Shown: positions 17,176-27,853 of the stretch, piece by piece | How the letters are laid out: each line of letters opens with the position of its first letter | How positions within the stretch are numbered: the stretch's first letter is position 1 | Origin: a virus | Lineage: Duplodnaviria > Caudoviricetes | DNA: 64,000 nt | Virus record (IMG/VR): IMGVR_UViG_3300027734_003164 | Span: 96,001 to 160,000 of that record | Strand: one strand, 5' to 3' | Made by a program: the position numbers and the translations under genes | The notes under the pieces: model-generated | Database searches by the model: none | What the model was told of the DNA's origin: nothing | Seen by the model: only the letters and a program-made list of their open reading frames with translations

Positions 17176-20100
17176 CTTGGTTCAATATATATGCTTTGAT
17201 GTATCTGTTGATTGCACTTTTACCTTTGTTTAATCCAAAATAAAAATGATTAGGTCCTCCCACAATAAATGATTGTTGAGTACCTGCCGGCCAATTTGGA
17301 TTTGATAAACCTTGTGGTGTTTGATTAAATATATAACCTCTTCTTCCTGTTGTTGATGGATTAAAGTATGGTGTAGTTGGAGGGTTAAAACTAAAGTTTT
17401 GGTATTTTTGATAATAAAAACTACCATTAGCCAAAACATCAGTAACCCAATCATTTGTGTCAGAACCAAAAATAGTTGAAGTTGTTGAAGATGACCACTG
17501 ATATGTTGGGACTACTTGGGTGTTAGGGTAACCAAAATAATTTGTAAGGTTTGGCGCAAAGGTTTGAATACCAGGACTTAGTGTTAATCTATTAATAGTA
17601 TTTGAACTAAAGAAGATTCCCATTAAAGCGTCTCCCGTACCAATATACAACTCATTATCAGTGTAATTATCTTCATCAAACTCTTCAATTCCATACTCAG
17701 AGTTTATTGAAAACATTTGAGCTACATCACCATCTATTCTGTCTTCACTTCTTGAAAACATTCTGTTTATTGATGAATCACCCAAACCTAAAACTTGACC
17801 CCAAAAATTAGAGTTAATAAGTCTTGAAATAATAAACAACTGTAAAATTTCAGAAGTATCATTGTATGAAGTACTTTTGATTGTTTCAATCAAGTACCCT
17901 TCAAAATTAGGGTTAGTACATATTTCTTTTGTAAACTCATCTCTTGGTCCTAAGTCCATAATGGTGGTCGGGAAAAACAAATTTCTAACATTCATCCCTT
18001 TGAAGTTCGCGTCTTCAAATGTTGAACTTGTGATATTTAATTTTCTTGGTTTTTGTCCAATAAATTTACTTCCGTCATAAATAGCGCCTCTATAAAACAA
18101 TGAATTTGTGGTTCCTCTTGTATAAAATATAGGTCCTTGATATGGTCTTAATGTACTATCAGGACTACCACAAAACTTATATTTTTTTGGTTGTCCTGCA
18201 ATGTTAAAAATTGTTTGTTTTTTCAATGAGAACATATATAAAGAACCATTGACCCAATTGTTTTGAAACACATGTGAAAATATTCCTCTACATGCGGCAA
18301 ACACCATTCTAAATCTTGTTTTCCATTCAAAGAAATATGTAACATCTTTTGGTATTGAAACAAGTAATGGATTGTCAACAAATTTGTAACAACCCCCTGA
18401 CATTCTTTTTCCATTCGGATTTTCACTACATGGGTTTTGAACTGAAAAAGATGTTCCACCACCTTGGTAACATTTTAATACTGTCATGTTTTCACAGGAA
18501 AGAGATGCTAAAACTGTACTTGATATTTGACTTGGAGTATCTCCTGTTATATCTTGAGCATTATTTGTAGTGTCATTAGGACCATTTGTTGATGGTGCCA
18601 ATGAAGTACCACCATCTTTGTCTACTGTGTAGACCGCAAAGTTGTCGTTTAAAAATAAACTAAACGAGTTATTACCGCTTAATTCTGTTGCACTTGATGT
18701 GGGTAGTCTATCAGACCTAAATACAATGTTAGAAGAGTTTGAAATAGAAATGTTCGATACTACCGAAGTGTGGTATGCAGGTGAATAAACTCTTGTGGTT
18801 GTTGTTGCAATGTTTATACTTGTTCCCGGAGTTGCGTTTGAAGCAATTAAAGTTCCACCTTCAATATTACCTTGAGCACTTAATACCCCATTTGTCCATT
18901 GGAACGCCAATTTATTATTACCAACACTTGGTTGTATATTTGAATACACACCATGTGTGGAAGTAAAATATGATAAAGTCACAGCGTCTGATGAATAAGC
19001 TTTAAATGTTTGTTGTGACTTATCTGTAGAGTTATAAAAGTAAGGTGAGTTGTTTGTAAATGCACTAAACAATGTACTATCAGGAGTAAAACCAAAAGGT
19101 GGGTGATATAATGATACATTCGTATTATTTGAAACTAAATGCGATTCAGGCGTTTTATAATCATTAAACCAAGCTCCACTTCCTGAGTTTTGTTGTATTG
19201 GTACATTAAGATAATAACTACCTTCAACAACGGGACCCGAACCTAAGTTAAATCCAAATAATTTCGATAGGTCATATCTTATATTTTGTTTGTCGGTGTA
19301 TGGGTCCGTACCTCTTGTTAAAAATATAATTTCATAGTTTGCAAAATTATCAATAAATTTGATTGGGAATACGTAGTCACATTGTTGAGCCGGTGTACCA
19401 TAACAGAATCTTTGTGTTTTTTTAAACAAATATTTGTTAAGTAATCCTCCCGTTGTGTTTGTTAAACCAGAAAACTGTGATACAGTACCTCCTGTGATAA
19501 CTTGAAAATATTCAACCCCCGCAGGATATTTGTAATCTTTTCCATCTTCAGATATATTCAATTTCAAGTTTACAGTTTGTTGTAAACCTGCTTGATTAAT
19601 GTAATTGACAGGAACTGTCACTAAACTTATTGCGTTGTATGGTGTAGTTCCCGTAATACTATTAGTATTAAACTGATTGGAATTAGTTATACCCGTTAAG
19701 TTGGGGTCATTTATTAAGTTGATGTCTTGGAATGTTAAAAGTTGTCCAGGTTGTAACCCGTTGAAAGTTCCACTATCAACAAATAACATCATAACACTAT
19801 CGGTAAACGGTTGTGATGCGTCTAATGTTGTTGTATTTGGAATGTTGTTTCTAACAGTTGTTTGAATTAAATTATCACCTTCAAAATATCTTTGTCTAAT
19901 ATTTGCTAAATTCAAAGATTGTGATAGTGTAACGTCATTCGCCAATACTTTTATTCCCCCTTGTGCCGGATATTCGGCAATTGGAGTTTTAACTAACTTA
20001 TCATTATCATTTCCAAGATTTTGGAATTGGTAACCCGCCATCGCTTGGACAACTCCATTGTTAAAAGCGTCAGGGTCATTTGCCGAAGATGCTTGCGATG

Positions 20101-22021
20101 AGTTGTAAACACTATAAGAAGTTGTGGAATTTGTATTCGCTAAAGGACTATTATTTTCTGATGAAATTGCAACATTTGCACTTTGAGCGAATGAACTTTG
20201 ACTACTATCTTCAGGAAGTGTTTCATCAGTACATGGACAGGCTTCACAATCAGGATAAGACAACATGGGTAAAGAAATTCTTTTGAATGGGTTTTCTTTA
20301 CCTAATGGTTTAATTGATTGGGTTTTACAACCACCTTTAGGTCTTGCTCCAAATGTAATTGCACTAATAGCTAAACAAATACCATATATAACAACATTTA
20401 TTACCCATATTAAAAGATTTATCACTATTCTTAATATTGGATATATAAATGCAACAAAGTGTAAAATTATTATTAAAGTTATAAACGTAGGTGTAAGTAG
20501 TATTAAAAGTAGACTTAGTAAAAAGAATAAAAAGTCAAAATTTCTTACACCATCATTAACCGGAAATCTGTTTGTGGTAGTAGTACATCGTCTATCTGTA
20601 ATTTCTTTTATACCTAAATGTCTACTTCTATTAAATCCCCATTTCCATCTATCTATAAAATTTGCAACCGTATAAACTTTATTGAAATTAAATTGATAAA
20701 ACTTATCATCACAGTTTACGGCCTCTTGAATCATTTGTTGACCTATTGTCGTATTCACATCCCCATAATCATCCCAATCTAAACTAAATGCATATGATTT
20801 TAATTGTGCGGTTGTGTCTGTAGGTGTATTGATGTTAGATGTGGTCCATCCCCATTCTTTAACGTTTGGGACCAAATAATCTGCTCTTAATACACTTGAT
20901 TCCATTCCATCTTCATTCTGATATTGGATTCTAAATCTATATTTTCCTTTTGTAGGTATGCCGACATTCGGGTCTGTTGATAGTACTTGTTCACCAAACT
21001 CGTTTGTTGTGACATAGTCTAAATTCATTGGAACGTTTACTAACCAAGTACCGTTGTCATCAATTATTTTACCTCCTTCAGGTAGTGAGTATTGTTCTAA
21101 TGCTGGTCTACCGTTTACATCATAATTTATTGTTTGTCTAATTGCCAATATTCTCCCTTGTCCTGTGACTAAATCACATAAATTACCAGAGTCTTTTTTA
21201 GGTTTACAATTTGATTTTAAAAAGTCTTCTTCACTTGTTGAAAACAACGAACCCATAAAAACGGCTTGTGGTGTAATTTCAATTCCTAAATCTCTTAAAT
21301 CAAAATCGACTCTTGTTATACCAACATTACAAATGTTTTCTTCACCCCAAAAAGATGCAACATCTATATCTTTTTTTTGATTTACTATTTGAGGTAGTGA
21401 GTCTAAATCTGTTGATGATTTGAATTGGTCCCCATCAAATTGTTCTGTGGTTCCCCGACCTAATCTTATTAAGTCTGAAGGTCTAAGTGAAAAACAACCG
21501 ATGTTTGATAAGTCTAAATCTAGTATTGCAGTTTGAATACCTAACGGTACTCCAATAATCATAAAGTCACCACTTTCATTAGTTTTTACAGTGTATTTAT
21601 AATACTTTTCATAAACTTCTAAGACTTCATTTCTTGTTAAAACATCCTCCACATCAGGAAATGTACCAGTTGGACTATGACCACCATACTCTTTAACATA
21701 AGGTAATAAGTTATATCTATAACCATCTTCGTTTTTTTGGTCAGGTCTTTTATAAGGGTATAATGTGGATATAATTGGGTCGTTTTCGTCAATAGCATCC
21801 AATGGAACAAAAATAGATACATTTGCGTTTGGAACACCGTACCCACCATTAACAACAACTCTACCTGCAACAACACCGTAGTCGGCACAAAATCTTGTAT
21901 ATACATCTTCTTGTCTTAACTTTAAAGATAGTATCTCTAAAAAGTCAAAATCTTGTGTTACGTTAATTCTTAGATTTTGGTCTTTTGTTGGTTGAGCCTT
22001 TAGTCTGTATGTTTTGGTCAT
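17168..22021 (-). CDS. Large baseplate-region protein with an internal hydrophobic segment
   Basis: 1617 aa; N-terminal beta-sandwich-like GRVVVNGGYGVPNANVSIF...KTNESGDF; about 62-aa hydrophobic stretch; CEACPC motif. Confidence 0.6.
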   Translation of the reverse strand: MTKTYRLKAQPTKDQNLRINVTQDFDFLEILSLKLRQEDVYTRFCADYGVVAGRVVVNGGYGVPNANVSIFVPLDAIDENDPIISTLYPYKRPDQKNEDGYRYNLLPYVKEYGGHSPTGTFPDVEDVLTRNEVLEVYEKYYKYTVKTNESGDFMIIGVPLGIQTAILDLDLSNIGCFSLRPSDLIRLGRGTTEQFDGDQFKSSTDLDSLPQIVNQKKDIDVASFWGEENICNVGITRVDFDLRDLGIEITPQAVFMGSLFSTSEEDFLKSNCKPKKDSGNLCDLVTGQGRILAIRQTINYDVNGRPALEQYSLPEGGKIIDDNGTWLVNVPMNLDYVTTNEFGEQVLSTDPNVGIPTKGKYRFRIQYQNEDGMESSVLRADYLVPNVKEWGWTTSNINTPTDTTAQLKSYAFSLDWDDYGDVNTTIGQQMIQEAVNCDDKFYQFNFNKVYTVANFIDRWKWGFNRSRHLGIKEITDRRCTTTTNRFPVNDGVRNFDFLFFLLSLLLILLTPTFITLIIILHFVAFIYPILRIVINLLIWVINVVIYGICLAISAITFGARPKGGCKTQSIKPLGKENPFKRISLPMLSYPDCEACPCTDETLPEDSSQSSFAQSANVAISSENNSPLANTNSTTSYSVYNSSQASSANDPDAFNNGVVQAMAGYQFQNLGNDNDKLVKTPIAEYPAQGGIKVLANDVTLSQSLNLANIRQRYFEGDNLIQTTVRNNIPNTTTLDASQPFTDSVMMLFVDSGTFNGLQPGQLLTFQDINLINDPNLTGITNSNQFNTNSITGTTPYNAISLVTVPVNYINQAGLQQTVNLKLNISEDGKDYKYPAGVEYFQVITGGTVSQFSGLTNTTGGLLNKYLFKKTQRFCYGTPAQQCDYVFPIKFIDNFANYEIIFLTRGTDPYTDKQNIRYDLSKLFGFNLGSGPVVEGSYYLNVPIQQNSGSGAWFNDYKTPESHLVSNNTNVSLYHPPFGFTPDSTLFSAFTNNSPYFYNSTDKSQQTFKAYSSDAVTLSYFTSTHGVYSNIQPSVGNNKLAFQWTNGVLSAQGNIEGGTLIASNATPGTSINIATTTTRVYSPAYHTSVVSNISISNSSNIVFRSDRLPTSSATELSGNNSFSLFLNDNFAVYTVDKDGGTSLAPSTNGPNDTTNNAQDITGDTPSQISSTVLASLSCENMTVLKCYQGGGTSFSVQNPCSENPNGKRMSGGCYKFVDNPLLVSIPKDVTYFFEWKTRFRMVFAACRGIFSHVFQNNWVNGSLYMFSLKKQTIFNIAGQPKKYKFCGSPDSTLRPYQGPIFYTRGTTNSLFYRGAIYDGSKFIGQKPRKLNITSSTFEDANFKGMNVRNLFFPTTIMDLGPRDEFTKEICTNPNFEGYLIETIKSTSYNDTSEILQLFIISRLINSNFWGQVLGLGDSSINRMFSRSEDRIDGDVAQMFSINSEYGIEEFDEDNYTDNELYIGTGDALMGIFFSSNTINRLTLSPGIQTFAPNLTNYFGYPNTQVVPTYQWSSSTTSTIFGSDTNDWVTDVLANGSFYYQKYQNFSFNPPTTPYFNPSTTGRRGYIFNQTPQGLSNPNWPAGTQQSFIVGGPNHFYFGLNKGKSAINRYIKAYILNQDE

Positions 22022-22034
22022 TTACTGTTTTAAA

Positions 22035-22041
22035 ATAAATA
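22035..22041 (-). promoter_or_regulatory. TATTTAT motif
   Basis: 13 nt upstream of ATG 22021. Confidence 0.55.
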
Positions 22042-22095
22042 GATAATTTAGGTTTTTTATTTAAAACTAATAACCTTAAAAATAAAATAAATGAT

Positions 22096-23934
22096 TTAGT
22101 AGAAGTCTACAGTTCTAAGTTGTTTCACCCTTACATTAATATCTCTAGAATCAAATCTGATTTGATATATTTGGTCTGGTTCGGCAAATAAGGTGTTGTC
22201 AATTAATAAAATTTCTTTGGTTTCCGCATCGGCGTACCTTTGAGATGTTTCAGATGACGAATATTGACCACCTGTTCTGTTATATATTTTCAAATCTGTT
22301 AATGTATTAACACCAGCAACGTCTTGTATTAATCTTCTAATATCAGAAACGTTTACATTTTGACCTAAATCTCTGTTTTGTGGATTCATGTAAGTGGATA
22401 CTTGGTCAATAATTTGAGTAATTATTTGACTTTGAGCGGTATTATTTTCGATTACAACAGATATTTCAAACTCTAAATCTATTACCTTTGCGACATCAAT
22501 TGATATGTAGTCATTTATCATTCTATACTTAGACAAATAAGTTGCCAAGTTTGTTTTAATTGCGTTTGGAACTGTTTGTGTTAGATTCCCGTCTGAATCA
22601 TATGATAAAATTTGTACAGTAACTTTGTTATTATTTTCTGTAATCGCGACTTTGGCAGGTGCCCCAAATTTACCTGGCATTGTATCGATTAAAGATTTAT
22701 AGTCATTAACTGTCACCGCTCTTTTTTGTGCCGCAAAGTTAAAACTAACCATGTTTCTTGCCTCTTCAATTGTTGGTTGGTTTGCTCCTCCAACCGCACT
22801 TGTTACATTATTAATTTTTAATGATTGTACAACACTTTGATTGATTTGTGATGATGGTCCGTTTACCGCTAAATTAACTAATCCAACTTGGTTGATTGAA
22901 CCAACACCAACATTTGATGCGGTTCCTCCCCCTACTCGGTACTGTACAAATAGTGTTGAGTTAGGTGTTACTGTAAGTCCCAATCCGATATTATTTTGAT
23001 AATTTTGTATTTTTAATGGGGTTCCAAGATTTGCAAATTGTTGAAGTTGTTGATTTGGTGTTGTTGTTGCCGCCCCAAATTGTACCTTCATATAACTTTC
23101 GGGTGTGTATTCTGTTATAAATCTGTTGTCTGTTTTTATATATTGACCAACTTTAACCCCTGCGTTGTCTATTGGTTTTGTTGGGTCCTCAATAAAAACT
23201 GTATCTTCCGCCAATGCGTCAACTTCATACCATTTATTCTGTGACGTTATAAATTCAGCGTTTGTTGGGGTTGATTGGTATTGTGTTCCGTCTTTTTGTA
23301 TGATTGTTGTAACAGACAAAACATTCTTTTCAGGTAAAAAGAAACTATAGAAAGGAACTACGTCTGCGGCATTTACAACTTGTTTATATATTTTAGTAAC
23401 ACCATTAACAACAACTTCTCTTTTAGTTATTATATAACTTGTTATTTTATTATTGTTGTCAAAAACAGGGGTTTTGGTTCTATTATTTACCCCTTCGTTG
23501 TTATATTGTGTAGAAAAATCAACATCATAGACTGTTTCAAATGTTTGCCCTCCACCATTAAACTGAGCCCCCGCTCTTAAAATACCTAAGTATCTTGAAT
23601 CTTCATTGTCACCAAATGCCGGAACTTGTATTGATATTTCCACAAGGGCAACTGAAGGTCTAAATCCTGGTATTTTTAAACCATAAGTTCTTGCGATATT
23701 GAAAATAGAAGACCTTTGTTGCGCATATTGTAAGACAGTTTCTTGAATACTTCTATCGATATGAAAATGTAAATTATCTCCAATTGCGGCATTTAAATCC
23801 ATCAAAACTGAAAAGATTGAAGCGTCATTAAAGTTTTGAATTATTTCAGGATAATACTGTTGGGTATAATTAATTAAGTCATTTCTTAGACTTTCAAAAT
23901 CCCTACTAGTATAATTAATTTTTTGAGTTGCCAT
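22096..23934 (-). CDS. Baseplate wedge protein (T4 gp6 / baseplate J-like)
   Basis: INYTSRDFESLRNDL start, AVGGANQPTIEE, QKRAVTVNDY. Confidence 0.85.
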   Translation of the reverse strand: MATQKINYTSRDFESLRNDLINYTQQYYPEIIQNFNDASIFSVLMDLNAAIGDNLHFHIDRSIQETVLQYAQQRSSIFNIARTYGLKIPGFRPSVALVEISIQVPAFGDNEDSRYLGILRAGAQFNGGGQTFETVYDVDFSTQYNNEGVNNRTKTPVFDNNNKITSYIITKREVVVNGVTKIYKQVVNAADVVPFYSFFLPEKNVLSVTTIIQKDGTQYQSTPTNAEFITSQNKWYEVDALAEDTVFIEDPTKPIDNAGVKVGQYIKTDNRFITEYTPESYMKVQFGAATTTPNQQLQQFANLGTPLKIQNYQNNIGLGLTVTPNSTLFVQYRVGGGTASNVGVGSINQVGLVNLAVNGPSSQINQSVVQSLKINNVTSAVGGANQPTIEEARNMVSFNFAAQKRAVTVNDYKSLIDTMPGKFGAPAKVAITENNNKVTVQILSYDSDGNLTQTVPNAIKTNLATYLSKYRMINDYISIDVAKVIDLEFEISVVIENNTAQSQIITQIIDQVSTYMNPQNRDLGQNVNVSDIRRLIQDVAGVNTLTDLKIYNRTGGQYSSSETSQRYADAETKEILLIDNTLFAEPDQIYQIRFDSRDINVRVKQLRTVDFY

Positions 23935-23936
23935 AA

Positions 23937-24401
23937 TTATATGTTAATTATTATAAATTCACTTGAACCAAACGAATTGTTGTCGTCCGTATAATCTATT
24001 GTAAGTTTAGCTGTGTATTCTTGAGTTGACCTACCAGGTATTCTATATATATCACTTGTTCCTAATAACTCTTGGTTAATGTCACCTGGAGCCTCATCTG
24101 ATTGTAAATATGGAACCACTTTAATTTCATTTATAGTTAAATTTGGTATGTACTTGTCAACCTGTTGTTGTATTTCAGATTTGATTCCGTCAAACGTTTC
24201 ACCATCCAAAGGGTCAAAAATAAATTCATATATACGTGTTCCAAAATCAGGATTATAGTATCTACTACCTCTTGCGGTTAATATCAAATGTAAAAGGTCT
24301 GCCCGTATCTCATCACCAGCATTTTCGGTTAAATCAAAATAATAAGATTTTGGACTATCCCTAAAAGGGAAATTAATACCATAAGTTCTTCCATCTGCCA
24401 T
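23937..24401 (-). CDS. Baseplate wedge protein gp25-like
   Basis: IRADLLHLILTARGSRYYNPDFGTRIYEFIFDP pattern. Confidence 0.9.
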   Translation of the reverse strand: MADGRTYGINFPFRDSPKSYYFDLTENAGDEIRADLLHLILTARGSRYYNPDFGTRIYEFIFDPLDGETFDGIKSEIQQQVDKYIPNLTINEIKVVPYLQSDEAPGDINQELLGTSDIYRIPGRSTQEYTAKLTIDYTDDNNSFGSSEFIIINI

Positions 24402-24406
24402 ATTAC

Positions 24407-24449
24407 ATAAATATAATATCCAACATTTTTAGTTAAATAGATATAAATA
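24407..24449 (-). promoter_or_regulatory. Two TATTTAT motifs (24407-24413, 24443-24449)
   Basis: Upstream of the gp25-like gene, immediately after the nrdA terminator. Confidence 0.55.
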
Positions 24450-24452
24450 AAA

Positions 24453-24473
24453 AATCCGAGTATAACTCGGATT
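24453..24473 (-). terminator. Intrinsic terminator after nrdA
   Basis: AATCCGAG/CTCGGATT stem with a 5-nt loop, followed by a T-run on the minus strand. Confidence 0.8.
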
Positions 24474-24478
24474 AATTT

Positions 24479-26881
24479 TTAAGAAGAACAACCAAAACAA
24501 TCAAAGTCTGAATTAGTTGGTTTTGGTGGAAGATTCGTGTATGAATATTCTACCTTTGGTTTTTCCTTTTTTGTAACATCTAAAGCTAAGTGTTTTGCCC
24601 CTGTTGAAATGGCTTTTGTTCTTACGTAATAACAAAGAGTCTTTAAACCTTTTTCCCATCCATAAAAATGTGAAGATGTTATTTTAGAAAGTGTTGGATT
24701 TGACATGTAAATGTTCATAGATTGTGATTGGTCGATAAACGGAGCCCTTTCGGCTGACATGTCAATCAGTTCTTTTTGTGAAATTTCCCAAATAGTTTTG
24801 TATTTCGGAATCAAATGTTCAATTCTTTTAACCTTTCTATTATAACCTTTTTCTTCAGTATCTAAGTAATTGTTGAAATTAATATTTTGAATTGAACCTT
24901 CGTTCATAATAATTTCATTTTTTAAATCCTCAGACCAAATTCCAATTTTTTCAAAGTCGTTGATTAGATATTTGTTTACAATCATAATTTCTCCCCCAAC
25001 AACTCGTCTATTAAATAAAGCCGAATGTGCGGGTTCTGTCATTTCAAATGAACCTGTGATTTTGGCGGAAGACGCCACAGGCATTTGAGCGGTGAATAAT
25101 GAATTACATACACCATAAGTCATAACATCTTTTTTCAAGGTTTTCCAATCCATAAACAAATCTTCTTCAGAAAGTCCCCACATGTCAAATTGAAAAATCC
25201 CTTGTGACATAGGTGAACCTTTAAAAAACTCATATGGAGTTCTTATCCCTTTTTTACACAAGTCATTACTTTCAAGAATAGCCGCGTAATAGATTGTTTC
25301 AAAAATATTTTTATTTAATTTTTTAGCCTCAGGTGAGGTAAATATATAATCCATTAAATAAAATACATCCGCCAATCCTTGTGTTCCAATTGCAATCGCT
25401 CTTTGTTCTAATCCACCTCTATGACCTTTTTCGGTAGAGTAGGTATTTTTATCAATAACATTGTTTAATGCTTTAACAATTTTTCTAACTTCACTTATTA
25501 ATAAATGATAATTGAACTGACCGTCTTTTATATAATTTTTTAACACTACCGACGACAAAGTACAAATTGCAGTGGTTTTTTCATCTGTGTATTGGTAAAT
25601 CTCATTACATAGGTTAGATTGTTTAATTACTCCAATATTTTGATGGTTAGTTTTTTTGTTCGCGCTATCTTTAGAACATAAATAAGGAACACCCGTTTCT
25701 ACTTGAGACTCGACAATTTTACTCCAAATGTCTTGTGCTTTAACTTTTTTACCAATACCCATGTTAACTGCCGTGTTATATACTTCTTCGTATTCATCTC
25801 CAAAACATTCTTGTAATGCTTTTAGTCCTGCCTTTTTAATATCATTAGGACAGAATAAATACCAATCGGTGTTGTTCTTAACTGCATTCATAAAGTTGTC
25901 AGGAATCCAAAGCGCGGTAAACAAATCACGAGCTCTTAACTCTTCGGCTCCTGTGTTCTTTTTAATATCTAATAAATCAAATATGTCTTTGTGCCAAGGT
26001 TCAAGATATATAGCAGCACTACCCGGTCTTCTACCTTGTTGATTAAAAAATCTTAAAGACTCATTAACGATTTTTAAATATTTCAACAATCCACCCGCAT
26101 AACCACCTGAACTTGAAATTCTACTTTCTTTACTTCTTATGTTAGACATTGAAAGACCAATTCCTGCCGCGTCCGATGAATAAGTTGAAATATCATTCAT
26201 TGTATTTAACAAACCTTCTCTTGAGTCTGAATCGTTGTAGTGTAAAACACAAGATGCTAGTTGTGGTGTTTTGGTACCAGAGTTAATCATAATTGGTGTT
26301 GCCGGTGAAATAAGTTGTGCCGATAAAGAGTTATAATATTCTAATGCCTCCTCTAAAGTATTAGTAACCCATATAGCAACTCTCATATACATGTGTTGTG
26401 GTCGTTCAACAACTTTCCCATTTGGTCTTTTTAACAAATACATTTCTTGTAATGACCTCCAAGCAAAATAATCAAAGTTATAATCGTTGTCATGTTTAAT
26501 TGCAACATCAACAACATCTTCACCATAGTATTCAATTTGTTTAATTAACTCTTCATTAACTACCCCATCCTCGTAAAGCAATCTCATAGTTTTTGAAAAA
26601 CTTTCATCAGTTTCTTTATGGTATGAGGATATTGCAACCGACGAAGCCATTCTTGAATAGTCGTGATGACTTCCCGTATATGCTGCGGCAATCTCATAAA
26701 TTAACTTATCAAGTTCTTTTGTTGTTACTTCTCCCTCAGTCGGAACTGATGTAATTACTTTAATAAAAATTTCATCTGAGTTTACGTTCAAACCTTTTGA
26801 TGAACGTTTTACTCTGTTATAAATTTTTTGCGGATTGAACGCGACGTTTTCTCCGTTTCTTTTGGTTATTTTTAATGACAT
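24479..26881 (-). CDS. nrdA: Class Ia ribonucleotide reductase alpha subunit with ATP cone
   Basis: ITKRNG ATP cone, SPATP, QLASC, SNLCNE, AICTL, C-terminal CFGC. Confidence 0.97.
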   Translation of the reverse strand: MSLKITKRNGENVAFNPQKIYNRVKRSSKGLNVNSDEIFIKVITSVPTEGEVTTKELDKLIYEIAAAYTGSHHDYSRMASSVAISSYHKETDESFSKTMRLLYEDGVVNEELIKQIEYYGEDVVDVAIKHDNDYNFDYFAWRSLQEMYLLKRPNGKVVERPQHMYMRVAIWVTNTLEEALEYYNSLSAQLISPATPIMINSGTKTPQLASCVLHYNDSDSREGLLNTMNDISTYSSDAAGIGLSMSNIRSKESRISSSGGYAGGLLKYLKIVNESLRFFNQQGRRPGSAAIYLEPWHKDIFDLLDIKKNTGAEELRARDLFTALWIPDNFMNAVKNNTDWYLFCPNDIKKAGLKALQECFGDEYEEVYNTAVNMGIGKKVKAQDIWSKIVESQVETGVPYLCSKDSANKKTNHQNIGVIKQSNLCNEIYQYTDEKTTAICTLSSVVLKNYIKDGQFNYHLLISEVRKIVKALNNVIDKNTYSTEKGHRGGLEQRAIAIGTQGLADVFYLMDYIFTSPEAKKLNKNIFETIYYAAILESNDLCKKGIRTPYEFFKGSPMSQGIFQFDMWGLSEEDLFMDWKTLKKDVMTYGVCNSLFTAQMPVASSAKITGSFEMTEPAHSALFNRRVVGGEIMIVNKYLINDFEKIGIWSEDLKNEIIMNEGSIQNINFNNYLDTEEKGYNRKVKRIEHLIPKYKTIWEISQKELIDMSAERAPFIDQSQSMNIYMSNPTLSKITSSHFYGWEKGLKTLCYYVRTKAISTGAKHLALDVTKKEKPKVEYSYTNLPPKPTNSDFDCFGCSS

Positions 26882-26891
26882 ATTAATAAAT

Positions 26892-27839
26892 TTAAAAATC
26901 TTCTGTGAATGTTATAGTTTCGTTTAATTTCGCTTTTTGGTATTCCATTGTTCTTGATTCAAAGAAATTTCCTTTTGTTTCAACTGCAATTTGTTCCATA
27001 AACTTGAATGGTTGTTCAACATTAAATTCTTTACTACAACCCATTTTCACTAACAAACCATCAACAACAAACTCTAAGTATTGTTTCATTAAATTTGAGT
27101 TCATACCAATTAATGATACTGGAAGTGATTCGGTGATAAATTCTTTTTCAATTTCTAATGCTGAAAGTAAAATTTCTTTAATTCTTTTTTCTGATGGTCT
27201 TTCTTCTAAGTGGTTATTTAATAAATGAATTGCAAAATCACAATGTAAGTTTTCATCTTTAAAGATAAGTGAATTAGCGTTACATAATCCTTGCATAATT
27301 CCTCTTGATTTCATCCAAAAAATAGAACAAAAAGAACCTGAAAAGAAAATACCTTCAACGGCAGCAAACGCAACTAACCTTTCGGCGAATGATGATTTTT
27401 CAATCCATTCCAACGCCCATTTAGCTTTCTTTTGAACTGCAGGTAGTCTGTCAATTGCATTGAAACACTCGTCTTTTTCTTTTGAATTTGAGATGTAAGT
27501 ATCTATTAACAATGAATACATTAATGAATGAATATTTTCCATCGCCAACTGAAATCCATAGAAAAACTTAGCCTCAGGATATTGAACTTCTCGATAAAAG
27601 TTTTCCGCTAAATTTTCATTTACAATACCATCTGAAGCTGCGAAAAATGACAGTACATTCTTGATAAAGTATTTTTCGTTTTCTGTTAAATTTTCCCAAT
27701 CTCTGATGTCATTTGTTAAATCGACTTCTTCTGCGGTCCAAAACGCAGCTTGGTGTTGTTTGTAAAATTCCCATATATCATTGTGTTCAATTGGGAAGAT
27801 GACAAACCTACCAGGATTTTCTGTTAATAATTTTTCCAT
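26892..27839 (-). CDS. nrdB: Class Ia ribonucleotide reductase beta subunit
   Basis: [40 protein letters not shown]. Confidence 0.97.
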   Translation of the reverse strand: MEKLLTENPGRFVIFPIEHNDIWEFYKQHQAAFWTAEEVDLTNDIRDWENLTENEKYFIKNVLSFFAASDGIVNENLAENFYREVQYPEAKFFYGFQLAMENIHSLMYSLLIDTYISNSKEKDECFNAIDRLPAVQKKAKWALEWIEKSSFAERLVAFAAVEGIFFSGSFCSIFWMKSRGIMQGLCNANSLIFKDENLHCDFAIHLLNNHLEERPSEKRIKEILLSALEIEKEFITESLPVSLIGMNSNLMKQYLEFVVDGLLVKMGCSKEFNVEQPFKFMEQIAVETKGNFFESRTMEYQKAKLNETITFTEDF

Positions 27840-27853
27840 AATTTTTAATTAAT

